The position numbers and the translations under genes are program-made. This document shows, piece after piece, positions 50,843-64,000 of a stretch of DNA of 64,000 nucleotides. This DNA comes from Squalus acanthias (taxonomy: Eukaryota). The number at the start of each line of letters is the position of its first letter. The stretch's first letter is position 1. Where the stretch lies: assembly GCA_030390025.1 (NCBI GenBank), contig CM059425.1, positions 172,362,001 to 172,426,000 of the forward strand. The letters run 5' to 3'. The notes beneath the pieces are model-generated. The model made no database searches, was not told the origin of the DNA, and saw only the letters and a list, made by a program, of their open reading frames with translations.

Positions 50843-51575
50843 ACTTGCATTTATATAGCGCCTTTAATGTAGTAAAATGTCCTGGCGTTTCACAGAAGCA
50901 TTATCAAACAATATGTGACAATGAACCACATAAGAAGATATTAGGACAGGTGATCAAAAGCTTGGTTAAAGAGGTAGGTTTTAAGGAGCGTCTTATAGGA
51001 GGAGAGAGAGGTAGAAAGGCAGACCGCTTTAGGGAGGGAATTCCAGAGCTTCGGGCCTTGGCAGCTAAAGGCACGGCCGAAAATAGTGGAGCGATTAAAA
51101 TAGGGGATGCACAAGAGGCCAGCCAGGAGACCATTGGAATATTCAAGTCTAGAGGTAACAAAGGTGTGGATGAGGGTTTCAGCATCAGATGAGCTGAGGC
51201 AGGGGCGAACTCGGGCGATGTTACGGAGGTGGAAGTAGGCGGTCTTGGTGATGGAGCAGATATCTAGTCGGAAGCTCATCTCGTAGTCAAATATGACACC
51301 AAGGTTGCGAACGGTCTGGTTCAGCCTCAGACGGATGTTCGGGAGAAGGATGGAGTCGGTGGCAAGGGAACAGAGTTTGTGGCGGGAACCGAAGTCGATT
51401 GCTTCGGTCTTCCCAATATTTAGTTGAAGGAAATTTCTGCTCATCCAGTACTGGATGTTGGACAAGCAGTGACAAATCAGAGACAGTGGAGGGGTCGAGG
51501 GGTGGTGGTGAGGTAGCGCTGGTTGTCGTCGGCGTACATGTGGAACCTGACGTGTTTTCGAGCGATGTCGCCAAT
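50843..51575 (-). mobile_element. L2 LINE fragment (internally deleted)
   Basis: HMYADD, WMSRNFLQLNIGKTE, VRNLGVIFD, AYFHLRNIARVRPCL and LWNSLP motifs. 3' end ttgcatttatatagcgcc. Confidence 0.88.
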
Positions 51576-52141
51576 ATAGAAGTAAACTAGGACTTTCTGA
51601 ACTTCTGTTGCTAACCAAGGTGATCTTGATAGCATGACTGTATCTGGACTAATAATCGGTTTAAAACTTGGACTCGTATATTGCACCCCAATTGCTCATT
51701 TTTTTGCAATAGGAATTTTCTTTGAAAATTGTGAACTGAAGTTTCTGGTCCAAAACAGAAAATTCCATTCAATGTGCCACATTTTCTCTCTCCCTATTCC
51801 CTTTTCCAATTTCATTATTTAAAAAGAAATGGTGTTGAGAGTTGTTGTGCTCAGTTTAAAATCTGAAGTATGCCCAGCGAAGAGGCACTATGAAGAAGCT
51901 GCAATGTCTTTCAGCTGGAGTTAGGAAAAGTCAGAAAGGAGAGTCACCATTTAGTATTGCGCGGTGATTGTTGAGAGCTGGCTGCAAGGTCTTGGCAGCA
52001 GCCTGACCGCAGCGGGCATCGCATCAGATGGGTGACGAAAAGGCTGGAACCAAAATAAAAATAAACTTTAAATATACATGAATCCTGATAAATGATTTTA
52101 TTTCACTTATTTTCCTCCCTTCTTTTATTCATGTCCCAGCC

Positions 52142-52269
52142 TGTTGCTGTGATATCTTGAGACACAGCATATATATATACAACAGCACAACATGGCTTCC
52201 GGTAAGAACTGCACTGCATATGGCTTTATTATCATATACATCAGTAGTCCACCAGGTGGCACTATTACA
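52142..52269 (-). repeat. 3' LTR of Gypsy element (128 bp, TG...CA)
   Basis: Minus strand TGTAATAGTG...AATAAA...CAGCAACA, preceded by polypurine tract aaggagggagaa (52271-52282). Confidence 0.8.
52247..52264 (+). promoter_or_regulatory. CTCF consensus-like motif inside the Gypsy LTR
   Basis: gtCCACCAGGTGGCACTA closely matches the CTCF core CCACCAGGGGGCGCTA. Confidence 0.5.
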
Positions 52270-55184
52270 GTTCTCCCTCCTTATTGAAGAAGTTAATCAC
52301 AGCAAATAATCATTGTATATGACTTGCATGGTATACACAACTCTTGGTATACATTTCTCAAATGGAACCCATTTTATGTTTCCAAATTCTACTATAGAAT
52401 TCTGTAACACAAACAAAAGATATGAACTTATTTTCCATATTTACAGATTAAACTTAACCACTGATTTTCTGTTTCGAAGAGGATACCTTCTTGAACAGAA
52501 CTTTCAGATCTTGTTATAGGACTTTGACTCATTCTAGGCTGAGCCTGCGGAGAATTTTTCTCCAAGGGCTGACCTTGATCTGCATTTGGACTCTCTACAC
52601 TTTCAGACTGTTTGTCTGCCTGACTCGGGCTCAGACTTAAATTCTGACTTTGTCTTGGACTTGTTTCTGGTACGTCTGATGTTGGATTTGCTATTGTTAC
52701 ACTACTTGTAACAAGACTATCTGACTCATCAGAATAAATTGAATCATCCCAGCTTTCAACTCCTTCCACATCTGTAGATAAGATATGATCAATGTGAACA
52801 AACCTAACCTTTCCATGATCAAACATCTTGACCAAATATGTGTGAGGGCCACATATCTTCACTACTCTTCCTGGTAACCACTTTAACCATTTATGGTGAT
52901 GGTTCTTCACTCTAACCTATTGGTTCAACTTCACACTTCTCTCTTGAACTCTACCTTTATCATGACTCTCTTTCTGCCTTGATTGTTTCTCTTCTACGGA
53001 ATGTGCCAAGTTTGGCTTTAACAACAAGAACCTGGTTCGTGGCTGTCATTTGAGAAACAACTCTGCTGGTTTTCTACCAGTAGTGGTATGAGGAGTATTC
53101 CGATAGGTAATCAGAAAATTTGCCAGTTTGTGGTCCAATGACAACTGACGTTTCTTTGGATTTGGATTTAACATTTGCTTGATGGGGGCCCGTTTGACAA
53201 TTTGTACTGTGCGCTCTGCTGCACCATTTGAAGCAGGGTGGTACGGTGGAACTTTGGTATGTTTCACACCGTTTCTGCTCATGAACTGTGTGAACTCTTC
53301 TGAACAAAATTGCAGCCCATTATCAGACACGCTTTCTTCTGGGAGGCCGTATGAAGAAAACAATCTTTGCAAATTGTCTAGTGTTTTGCTTCTTGTTATT
53401 ATCCGCATCAGAAACACCTCTACCCACTTCGAGTGACTATCACTATGAACAATTGCTGCCCTTCTAGCTCAGCAAAATCTACATGTAACCTTTGCTACAC
53501 TCTGGGAGGCCATTTCCATGACTGTAATGGTACTGATGGTGGTTTCTTGCTCACCAATTGACATGTTGTACACTGAATGACTATGTACTCTATCTCTTTT
53601 GACTATGTACTCTATCTCTTTATCTAAACCTGGCCACCATAAGTAACTGCGTGCAAAGCTCTTGGTCAAACACATTCCCAGGTGCTGGTCAGGAAGATCT
53701 TCCTAACAATTTAGACCTGAACCTATTTGGGGTAACCACTCTTGCTCCCCACATGATACAATGTTTATCCACTGACAATTCATTCCTACAAACAAAGTAT
53801 GGATGGATATCTTCCTCTGATACCTGGTTTGGCCATCCGTTTGCTTTGTAATCATACACCTTGGACATAATTGGGTCACGTTTGGTTGTCTCACCAATCT
53901 CTTCAGCTGTGACTGGCTGCTCATCAATGTATGAGAAATAGAACACTTCTTCCTTATTGGGTGTAACTTGTGATGGGGATGGCAACCTGAACGTAGCATC
54001 AGCATTACTGTGATCAGCTGCTCATCTGTACTCAATGTCATACGTATACGCTGACAAAATCAAAGCCCATCTCTGTATTCGGGCTGCAGCTAAGGTTGGA
54101 ACTGGGGACTTTGGATGGAGGATTGCTGTCAGGGCTTATGGTCAGTAACTATGGTAAACTTATGACCAAACAAGTATTTGTGAAACTTCTTGACCCCAAA
54201 CATCAATGACAAAGCTTCCCTTTCGATCTGTGCATAATTCTGCTCACTCGCACTGAGAGTGCGTGAAGCAAAAGCAATTGGTCTCTCCTCCCCACTATCT
54301 AGTATATGAGAGATCACTGCCCCAACTCCGTACGGAGAGGCGTCAAACGTTGGCTTGATCTCCTTAGTTACATCATAGTGAACTAACATGATACTCTCTA
54401 CTAACTGGCTTTTACACTCTTTGAATGCTGTGTCGCATTCTTTTGACCACTTCCAAGGGACCTGTGTTCTCAACAGCTCATTCAGTGGATGTAACAATGT
54501 AGCCAAGTTTGGGAGGAACTTTCTGTAATAATTCAAAAGACCCAAAAATGATCAAAGCTCAGAGACATTCTTGGGAGTGGGTGCATTTCTGATTGCATCC
54601 AGCTTTCCCTTGGTTGGATGTAAACCATCTTTGTCTACTCTGTGCCCTAAGTACTCCACTGAGTTTTGAAACAACTCACACTTGTGAGCTGTCACTCGTA
54701 CTCCGTGCTTCTCTAGCCGTTTGAGCACTTCATTGAACACCTCATCATGGATTTGCCTGTTTGGTGCTGAAATGAGTATGTCATCCAAATAACACACTAC
54801 CCCTTCAATCCCTTGCAAAATTTGGTTCATCACCCCCTGGAATATGTCGGGGGCAGAAGACACTCCAAATGGTAGTCTATTGAACTGATACAGGCCTCAG
54901 TGAGTATTTATAGTCAAGCATGACTTGGACTCTTCATCCAACTCAAGTTGTAGGTAGGCGTTTGTTGGATCTAACTTCGAAAAGATCTGGCCACCTGTCA
55001 GCGTTGTGAACAAATCTTCCACATTTGGCAACGTATTGGGTAGATTACACTCGAGAACCTGGTTTACTGTTGCTGTTGTTGGTGTTGTAACAGTTGTTGT
55101 TGTAAACTTTGCCCACGGACAAAAAAGGTCGCGCTCAACGGAGTTCATGACTCACTTAGTACAAAAAAATTAGAAGCAACATTG

Positions 55185-56608
55185 TACAACACTGGCATCT
55201 ACCCGACAATGTGGAAAACTGCCCTGTCCACAAAAAGCAGGACAAATCCAATCCGGCCAATTACCGGTCCATCAGGCTACTCTTAATCATCAGCAAAGTG
55301 ATGGAAGGTGTCGTCAACAGTGCTATCAAGCGGCACTTATTCACCAATAACCTACTCACTGATGCTAAGTTTGGGTTCCACCAGGACCACTGGCTCCAGA
55401 CTTCTTTACAGCCTTAGTCCAAACATGGGCAAAAGAGTTGAATTCTATAGGTGAGGTGAGAGTGAATGCCCTTGACATCAAGGCATCATTTGACCGAGTG
55501 TGGTATCAAGGTGCCCTAGTAAAATGAAGTCAGTGGAATCGGGGAAAACTCTCCACTGGCTAGAGTCATACCTAGCGCATATGAAGATGGTTGTGGTTGT
55601 TGGTCAATCATCTCGCTGCACGAGTTCCTCAGGGCAGTGTCCTAGGCCCAACCATCTTTAGCTGCTTCATCAATGACCTTCCCTCCATCTTAGGGTCAGA
55701 AGTGGGGATGTTCGCTGATGATTGCACAGTGTTCAGTTCCATTCTCAGCTCCTCAGATAATGAAGCAGTCCGTGCCTGCATGCAGCAAGACCTGGACAAC
55801 ATTCAGGCTTGGGCTGAGCAGTGGCAGGTAACATTTGCACCACACAATGCCAGGCAATGACTATCTCCAACAAGAGAAAGTCTAACCACCTCCCTTGACA
55901 TTCAACGGCATTACCATCGCCGAATCCCCCACCATCAACATCCTGGGGGTTACCATTGACCAGAAACTGGACCAGCCACATAAATACTGTGGCAACAAGA
56001 GCAGGTCAGAGGCTGGGAATTCTGTGGCGAGTTTCTCATCTCCTGACTCCCCAAAGCCTTTCCACCATCTCCAAGGCACAAGTCAGTAGTGTGATGGAAT
56101 ACTCTCCACTTGCCTGGATGAGTGCAGTTCCAACAGCACTCAAGAAGCTCAATACCACGCAGGACAAAGCAGCCCGCTTGATAGGCACCCCATCCACCAC
56201 CTTAAACATTCACTTCCTCCACCACCGACGCACCATGGCTGCAGTGTGTACCATCTACAAGATGCACTGTAGCACCTCGCCAAGGCTTCTTTGACAGCAC
56301 CTCCCAAACCTGTGACCTCTACCACCTAGAAGGACAAGGGCAGCAGGCACGTGGAAACACCATCACCTTCAAGTTCCCCTCCAAGTCACACACCATCCTG
56401 ACTTGGAAATACAGCAACATTCCTTCATCTTCGCTGGGTCAAAATCCTGGAACTCCCTCCCAAACAGCACTTTGGTAGTACCTTAACCGCACGGACTGCA
56501 GTGGTTCAAGAAGGCGGCTCACCACCACCTTCTCAAGGGCAATTAGGGATGGGCAATAAATGCTGGCCTTGCCAGCAACGCCCACATCCCATGAACGAAT
56601 AAAAAAAA
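55185..56608 (+). mobile_element. Poly(A)-tailed non-LTR retrotransposon, distinct from the CR1 copies here, 5'-truncated and disrupted
   Basis: [32 protein letters not shown] and AQV.SVMEYSPLAW motifs. Ends cgaataaaaaaaa. Exact clade not determined. Confidence 0.85.
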
Positions 56609-56896
56609 TTGCCTAAGTTACACACTTTCAGACTTAGATGCTGATGAATGCCAAAGAGCATGGCCTCATGCTTCCTGATGATGTCATCAAAGGGGCGCAT
56701 ATAAATGATATAGGTGTGTGGAGAGGGAGAGAGTAATAGAATTGGAGAGAGAACTATATTGACTTCATTAAAAATAGGAGTAAGATCATATCTGTTCTGG
56801 ATCTCAGTAAGGTCAGCGAATGAGGTAAGGAACCTTGATAACAGCTGAAGTAGAATGGTAAACATTTTATTCACCGTCTTATCCAAAATTAACTAA

Positions 56897-57109
<213 letters not shown>

Positions 57110-57365
57110 TAAACAGTGCAATTATTATGCAGTGTATTCGTACTATGGCTACTAATTTGCAGTGACTGAATAAGTCAGATTCCATTGTTGTTGCACGGCA
57201 TTCTGGGATCTTTGGCAGCATTTCTGGAATCTAATTCCAATATTCTGCCAATTTTTCCTTGAAACTGCCTTGATGATTATTATTATTATATGTTCCTTCA
57301 TTTATATGTTGAATTTTAAATCTTACCTTTTTATAAAGTCCCTACAGGATATACAGCAACATCTG

Positions 57366-58902
57366 CAGGGAAGTCGCCTGGTCCAGATGGCTTGCATCCC
57401 AGGTTGCTATGGGAATTGGGGGAGGAGATAGTGGAAGGGCTTGCCATAATTTTCCAATCTTCCCTAGATGCGGGGGAGGTGCCTGAGGATTGGAAAGTGG
57501 CAAATGTGATACCATTGTTCAAGAAAGGGTGTAAGGACAATCCCAGTAACTATAGGCCGGTCAGTTTAACATCAGTGGTGGGTAAAGTTTTAGAAACAAT
57601 AATCAAGGAAAAATTTAACGGGCTCTTGGAGAGGTTTAAGCTAATTAAGGAGAGCCAACACAGATTTGTAAAAGGCAGATCGTGTTTGACTAATCTCATT
57701 GAATTTTTTGATGAAGTAACAGTGTGGATTGATGAAGGGAATGCAATGGATGTTGTCTACATGGATTTTAGGAAGGCGTTTGACAAAGTGCCACATAGAA
57801 GGCTGTTTAACAAAATTGAGGCTCATGGAATAGGTGGGTCAGTGGCAGCTTGGATAATGAATTGGCTTAAGGACAGAAAACAACAAGTTGTGGTAAATGG
57901 CTGTTTTTCAGACTGGAAGATGGTAGACAGTGGTGTTCCCCAAGGGTCAGTGCTGGGGCCACTGCTTTTTTTGATATATATAAATTACCTGGATATTGGA
58001 ATACAGAGTAGAATTTCTAAATTTGCCGATGATACCAATCGACTGCAACAGGACATAGAAAGGCTAGTAGAATGGGCAGACAAGTGGCAGATGGAATTTA
58101 ATTCATAGAAGTGTGAGGTGATGCATTTTGGCAGAGGGAACAGGGAGAGGCAATATACACTTAATGGCATAGTTTTAAAGAGTGTGCAGGGACAGAGGGA
58201 TCTGGGAGTTAATGTGCATAGGTCCCTGAAGGTGGCAGGACATATTGAGAGAGTGGTTAACAAAGCATATGGGATCTTGGGCTTCATAAATAGAGGTATT
58301 GAGTACAAAAGTAGAGAAGTTATGTTGAATCTTTATAAAAGCTCTGGTTAGGCCACAACTGGAGTATTGCGTCCAGTTCTGGTCACCACACTTTAGGAAG
58401 GATGTAAAGGCCCTTGAGAGGGTGCAGAGGAGATTTACCAGAATGGTTCTGGGGATGAGGGATCTTAGCTACAAGGACAGGTTGGAGAAGCTGGATTTGT
58501 TTTCATTAGAACAAAGGAGGTTGAGGGGTGATTTGATAGAGGTGTACAAGATTATGACGGGTTTGGATAGGCTAGACGGGGAAAGGCTGTTCCCACTAGT
58601 TGATGGTACAAGGACTAGGGGACACAGATTTAAGGTTTTGGGCAAGAGATACAGGGGGGAAGTGAGGAAAAACTTTTTTATGCAGCATGTGGTGAGGACC
58701 TGGAACCCGCTGCCAACGGAAGTGGTGGAAGCGGAGACACTCAATGTTTTCAAGGGGAGACTGGATAGGCACTTGAGGGAAATAAACTTGCAGGGCTACG
58801 AGGATAGAGCGGGGGAATGGGACTGACTGGATTGCTCTACAGAGAGCCGGTACGGACTCAATGGGCCGAATGGCCTCCTTCTGTGCCGTTATGACTCTAT
58901 GA
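57366..58902 (+). mobile_element. CR1 LINE, 5'-truncated, in the FER intron
   Basis: ORFs 57392-58108, 58118-58351 and 58422-58826 carry RT motifs. Tail atgactctatga. Confidence 0.93.
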
Positions 58903-59876
58903 TAGGCAACATGTACCAGGCTGGAGATGTGTAGTTTGTGTTTCGTAGCACTGGGGAGGATAGGGTTGTAGTAGCACTGCCTTGTGCTTTGGAGATGTGA
59001 CAGTCTGAGCATGTGCAGTGTACAAATTTCCCACTATACAGCAGCAGGATTCTCTCAGTGGAAAAGTCGATCTCCTCTGGAGCAAATTAATTTCTGAGAT
59101 TCTTGGAGTTCTTCCAGAGGTGGCCCTGTGTTTTGATAGGACTGGAACAGGAGTTTGACAGCACAACAGCCAGGCCAGTAATTTCCATCATTTGTCCCTT
59201 ATTCACACAGCTGTACTAATTACAATAATATCAAAAAGTATAAACAAAGCATAGCTGTCAATATTTAGCCTTTGGCTTTGTGAAAAGTTTTCAAATTTCG
59301 ATTCAGTTGTTTTTAGTTGGGAAAAATGCATTCAGAAATCATTTTCCAACATGAGAAATGACACAAGTCAAGGAAAATATTCTATTAACTGAATATATAA
59401 TCAGTATTTTAAAATTCCACGTGTCAAATAATTGTTTTTGAATTCTAATACAGTAGAACATAGTTATGGTTAAGCCCCTCTCTCTTACTATAATCTCTAT
59501 CATTTTGACATGTCTCCTCTCTCAACTAAAACTGTGAAACTTTGTGAAAAATTAATTCTGCACTTTGTTTTCAAACCATTTGGGAAAAACTCATGAACCC
59601 TTTTGCACCACAAGGAGATCTATCTTTTCACTTGCAGTGAAAGAATTCAGCTGGTATATAACAGGAGGAGTGCACACTGCACATACTCAGACTGTGGCAT
59701 CTCCTTTCAGCTGACAACGTAATATATCTGGATGAAAAATAATAATTCCAACCCCAGGCTTTTCAGGGAGGCAGAGGCCCTGAAGTGAAAACATTAGTGA
59801 TGTACACAGACACAAAAGACAGTTTTATAGTTAATTTTAATCATGTTTTGAAATGTGCAATATTTATGTCATTAAT

Positions 59877-60628
59877 GGGCCAGAAATTCGGCTCTCCGGC
59901 TTCCCGCGGGTGCAAGGATCGCGCGCGTACTTACCTAGCGCGCCTGCCGTTGTGCTTCGGGCCTGCGTGGACTTCGGCTCCTGGGCCTCCTGCAGCTGCC
60001 GGCGTGCAGTGCTTGCGTATCCCAGGGGCGCAGTTAGTTCGAAGCGTCCCCTGGGATCACGTGAGCCATGGAGAGCCAATTGGAGCAGGGAATCTCCATT
60101 CATAGATTTTGACAGGAAGACCTGTCAAATCTATGAATAGAGATCGGCCCCAAAACCTCACTAAAACTTCAAATAAATAAAAATAAAAAATCACATTTTT
60201 AAAATAACTATAAATTACATAAATTAACTACTTTAAACAAAAATTTAAATTTTTGAAAAAATTAATTACACTTTTTAACGGTGCTAAAAATAAACTTCCT
60301 TTCTTTAAAGTATGTAAAAAAGATAAACCTGTTGAAAAAATGTTTAAATAGTACTTAATTCACCACTTACCTTGTTAAAAGCAGGCCTTGTGCCTCCTTT
60401 TTTCCTGCGCAGCTTCTCCGTACTTACCCTCACAGAGAAACCTGAAAAAAAAACGAAGTTCGCTGCGTGCACGCTGCCTCTCCGGCGCACGCGTTCGACC
60501 TCTGAACCCCTTCCTTCAGGGCAACGGAAGTTCCGGTTTCCAGCGCATGCGCGAAACCGGCACTTTCGTTGGGTCTACGGGTGAGTACACAGCGCGTACT
60601 CACCCGTGGAGACCCGAATTTCTGGCCC
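59877..60628. mobile_element. Harbinger-type MITE (752 bp) in the FER intron
   Basis: Perfect 15-bp TIR gggccagaaattcgg / ccgaatttctggccc, with aat/att flanks. Homologous to 19891-20628 in the opposite orientation. Confidence 0.88.
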
Positions 60629-61059
60629 ATTATCTTATTAAACTTATTTTGGACATTTTAATTTTGGATTTTTTTTGGAGAGATTTTATTTGTTCTGCTT
60701 AGCTATATTTCTAAAAATTGTTAGTATTTTGTAACTACTAAGTTGTGATTTATTGAATATGAAATTTGAGCAAATCTAACATCTGTTTGCTGAAGTGGGA
60801 CACAAAGTGAAATGGGTGTGTGTTATCATACCACTTTATATTACAGATTTTTTATATATGTACAAACAGCACACCTTTTGAAATGCTGGCAGATAATTTG
60901 TTTAAATGTTGTATTCATAAAGCAGCAACAAATCATAACTGAGAGAAAATGTACCAACCAGCAAGCAAAAATGAAAGCCATTTTGTTTTCTGCACTAACC
61001 TGAGTACTTGGTTCATTGTTTGTGGGGAGATCTCTTATAAACATCTTTCCAAATCTTTT

Positions 61060-62022
61060 TATTGGTGATGTACATCCACATCACTTCCACACTGACCACC
61101 CAGCTCTACATCTCTACCACCTCTTTTGACCATTCCACTCCCTCTATGTTGTCAGATTGCTTGTCTGATGGCCAGTTTTGGATGAGCTGTAATTTCCTCC
61201 TGTTAAACATCGGAAATATTGAAGCCATTATCTTTAGCCTTCATCACAAACTCTGTACCTTTGCCACCGATTCCTTCCCTGTCCTCAGCCACTGTCTCAA
61301 TCTGACCCAGACTGTTCACAACCTCAGCATCATATTTGGCCCCAAGCTGAGCTTCTAACACCATGTTCTCTCCATCACAAAGACAGCCTATTTCGACCTC
61401 TAGCATTGCCTGCCTCTGCCCCTGCCTCTGCCCCTGCCTCTGCTCATCTTCCACTAAAACCTTCACCCATATTTTTGTCACCTCCAGACTTGACTATTCC
61501 AATACTTTCCTGGCCAACCTCCCATCCTCCAACTTCTATAATTGTCAGATCAACCAAAACTCTGCTGCTCATATCCTATCTCACACCAAGTCCCACTCAC
61601 CCATCATCCCTCGACTCGTTAACCTACATTGGCTCCCAGTCCCCCCAACACCTAAATTTAAAAGTCTGATCCTCGTGTTCAAATCCCTTCATGGCCTTGA
61701 ACCTCACACTATCTTTGTAACCTCCTCCAGCCCTACACTTCCTTCCCGCCCCATATTCCTCTGGCCTCTTGTGCATTCCCCTCTCGCTTCGCCCCACCAT
61801 TGGTGGCTGTGCATTCAGATACGTATCCCCATGCTCTGGAATTCGCTCGCTAAACCCCTCCTCCTCTTCTTCCTTTAAGACCCTCCTTAAAACCCACTGG
61901 TTTGACCAAGCTTTGACCGCCCCTCCTAATAGCACCTTCTTTTGCTAGGCATCCATTTTCTTTTTTGAAGCACCATGGACATTTTTCTATGTTAACGGTC
62001 CTATGTAATTGCAAATTGTTAT
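61060..62022 (+). mobile_element. L2 LINE 3' fragment
   Basis: WMSCNFLLLNIG, FVTSRLDYSN, LHWLPV and LWNSL motifs. Confidence 0.85.
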
Positions 62023-62614
62023 TTTCGTTCATACAGGGAGCGAGCAGGACAGTAGGATTAGTTTTAGATTGCTCTTGCAAAAAACCCAGCCCAGACACGA
62101 TGGGCTAAATGGCCTTCCTCTATGCTGTAAACTTTTATGCTAATTTTCACACTTTGCCAACAAATTACAACTAAGGAAATATGGAAATATATAAATTAAA
62201 AGTCAGGAGCACATCTGTAAAAAAAAAATAGCAATGAGACACTATTCCTGATCTCATTGAATGGCGGAACAGGCTCGAGGGGCTGAATGGCCTACCACAG
62301 TCAGCAAAATCTACCAGTATAAAAGGAGAACCAATCAAATCACGCTAAATATTTTCTGAAAACCCTTCCAACTCTCATCCTACGTCCTCCACTAAGCTGA
62401 GCACTGACTACTGGAAATAAGGTTTGGAACATAGTAAACATAATTTCTTGTAAATGTAGTAATTTTTATTAGTTGAGATTCAAATTAGCAGACTACAGTT
62501 TACAGCATATAGTCCTTGTACAGCTTTGTAAATTCTTCTGTGCATTTGCATTACTTTGGTCAGTGTGTCATGTCATTATCTAAAAATTAATTCATCTATT
62601 TTAAAAAATTCGGA

Positions 62615-62990
62615 AGAGATTCCCGATGACTTAGTTGATCAGCACTGAAGTGTGGTGCTGAACCATACAGTCTAATAAGGTCACAGATTGAAACAATGTC
62701 CATGCTGAGTTAGCTGATCTCAGTAGGGGCACTACAGTTGACCTCGGCGCCCCAGGCTATGGAGAGAAAATATCATCCAGGGTTCCTGCTCCTGCTAAGC
62801 AGTCGTGCCTGCTACAAGTGTCCAGGTGTGGACTTTGGCTGAGCACATGAGCATATGACGGTGATGCTATGCATGGTTGTATCACCTGTCAACACTTATT
62901 GTCTATATTTGCACATGAAGGAGAGCCACCTGAGCAAGATCCTGGAGGGAAGAACTGTATCCAGCAAGAGTTGGCATCTTTATGAGAGAC
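62615..62990 (+). mobile_element. Degraded tRNA-derived SINE-like repeat
   Basis: The head resembles 29120-29217 inverted and is followed by gctgagttagctgatctcag. Family not identified. Confidence 0.4.
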
Positions 62991-63102
62991 GAAGAAAAAA
63001 GACCATTTAGCCCATCTTGCTGCACTCACTAAAAAAATTCAAGTGCAGATAATGTAGCCTTCTCTAGACTTTTATAATAAATTCAGGTTTATCTGCTTTT
63101 AA

Positions 63103-63375
<273 letters not shown>

Positions 63376-64000
63376 TAGTTATATTTTGTACTTGTATTGC
63401 TTCTTGTTTGTATTTTTCTGTGATTTGTAAGCAGTGTAAGCTGCCTTTACTTGTTCTCCCTACGTGGGGTGGTGTAAAAGCCTTTTGTTACATATACAAT
63501 ATAGAAAGAAATCTGCTTTGAAGACCATCTGATGTCAGTTCCTAAAACATATGTGTTGCAGACTTGAGCCTAAATTAAGAGATATGTGAGATCCCATCCC
63601 AAGACTGGGTGTTGTATGTAATTTTGTAAAGGGATAAATGAGCAGGTTGGGCATGGAATTAAGACTACTGCACGTGTGGAGGATAAACAGCATCTTGGGC
63701 TGAATGGCCTGTTTCTCTGTTATAAACAAGCTTGACTATCATGATCACTGCAGGAGGAGATGGAGTTTAGTATTGTGCTATAACGCATACTTAACCCACA
63801 TTTCCCAATCAACTACAGATTATTTTTCTGTAATGCTCTTGTGATGATAGCACAGATCCTTTTAGTTTTTCCTTGTGTGAATGTTTGCTGCACTGCTCTC
63901 AATTATTAGTTTCCACAAAAACCCAAAAGGAACGAAACCTACATTACTTCAAAGCTACATTTAATTATTTTTTTTAATTCCCACTTCTATTGACACTTTT

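Larger units (their letters stand above)
52142..55067 (-). mobile_element. Gypsy/Ty3 LTR retrotransposon (Mag-like), 5'-truncated, frameshifted pol (RT-RNaseH-integrase)
   Basis: FSKLD..AYLQ, YLDDILI, DASPYGVGAV, RPIAFASRTLS..E.NY.QIERE, ARSYLWWPGLD, VSDNG.QF and YHPASNGAAER in RT-RH-IN order. Confidence 0.93.

Overview
Vertebrate genomic DNA, most likely from a cartilaginous fish (shark or ray). This is inferred from the dominance of CR1 and L2 LINEs and a Deu-domain tRNA-SINE. The only host coding sequence I can support is two + strand exons of the FER tyrosine kinase domain (56932-57086 and 63188-63310). Everything else is intronic, and I found no upstream FER exon in the first 56.9 kb. 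The introns are packed with CR1 LINEs (several young, with long RT ORFs), old L2 fragments, a second poly(A)-tailed LINE family, tRNA-derived SINEs, a 5'-truncated Gypsy LTR element, a hAT-like TIR element, and about a dozen GGG-ended TIR elements. I assign the GGG-ended elements to PIF/Harbinger, because one copy still carries a Myb/SANT ORF remnant and transposase-like remnants. The most unusual observation is a Harbinger-type MITE family that looks like a portable bidirectional promoter/first-exon cassette: it has NRF1, ETS, CCAAT and E-box motifs plus outward-facing 5' splice sites at both ends. Boundaries of old repeats are approximate. Family assignments come from recalled motifs, not database searches.
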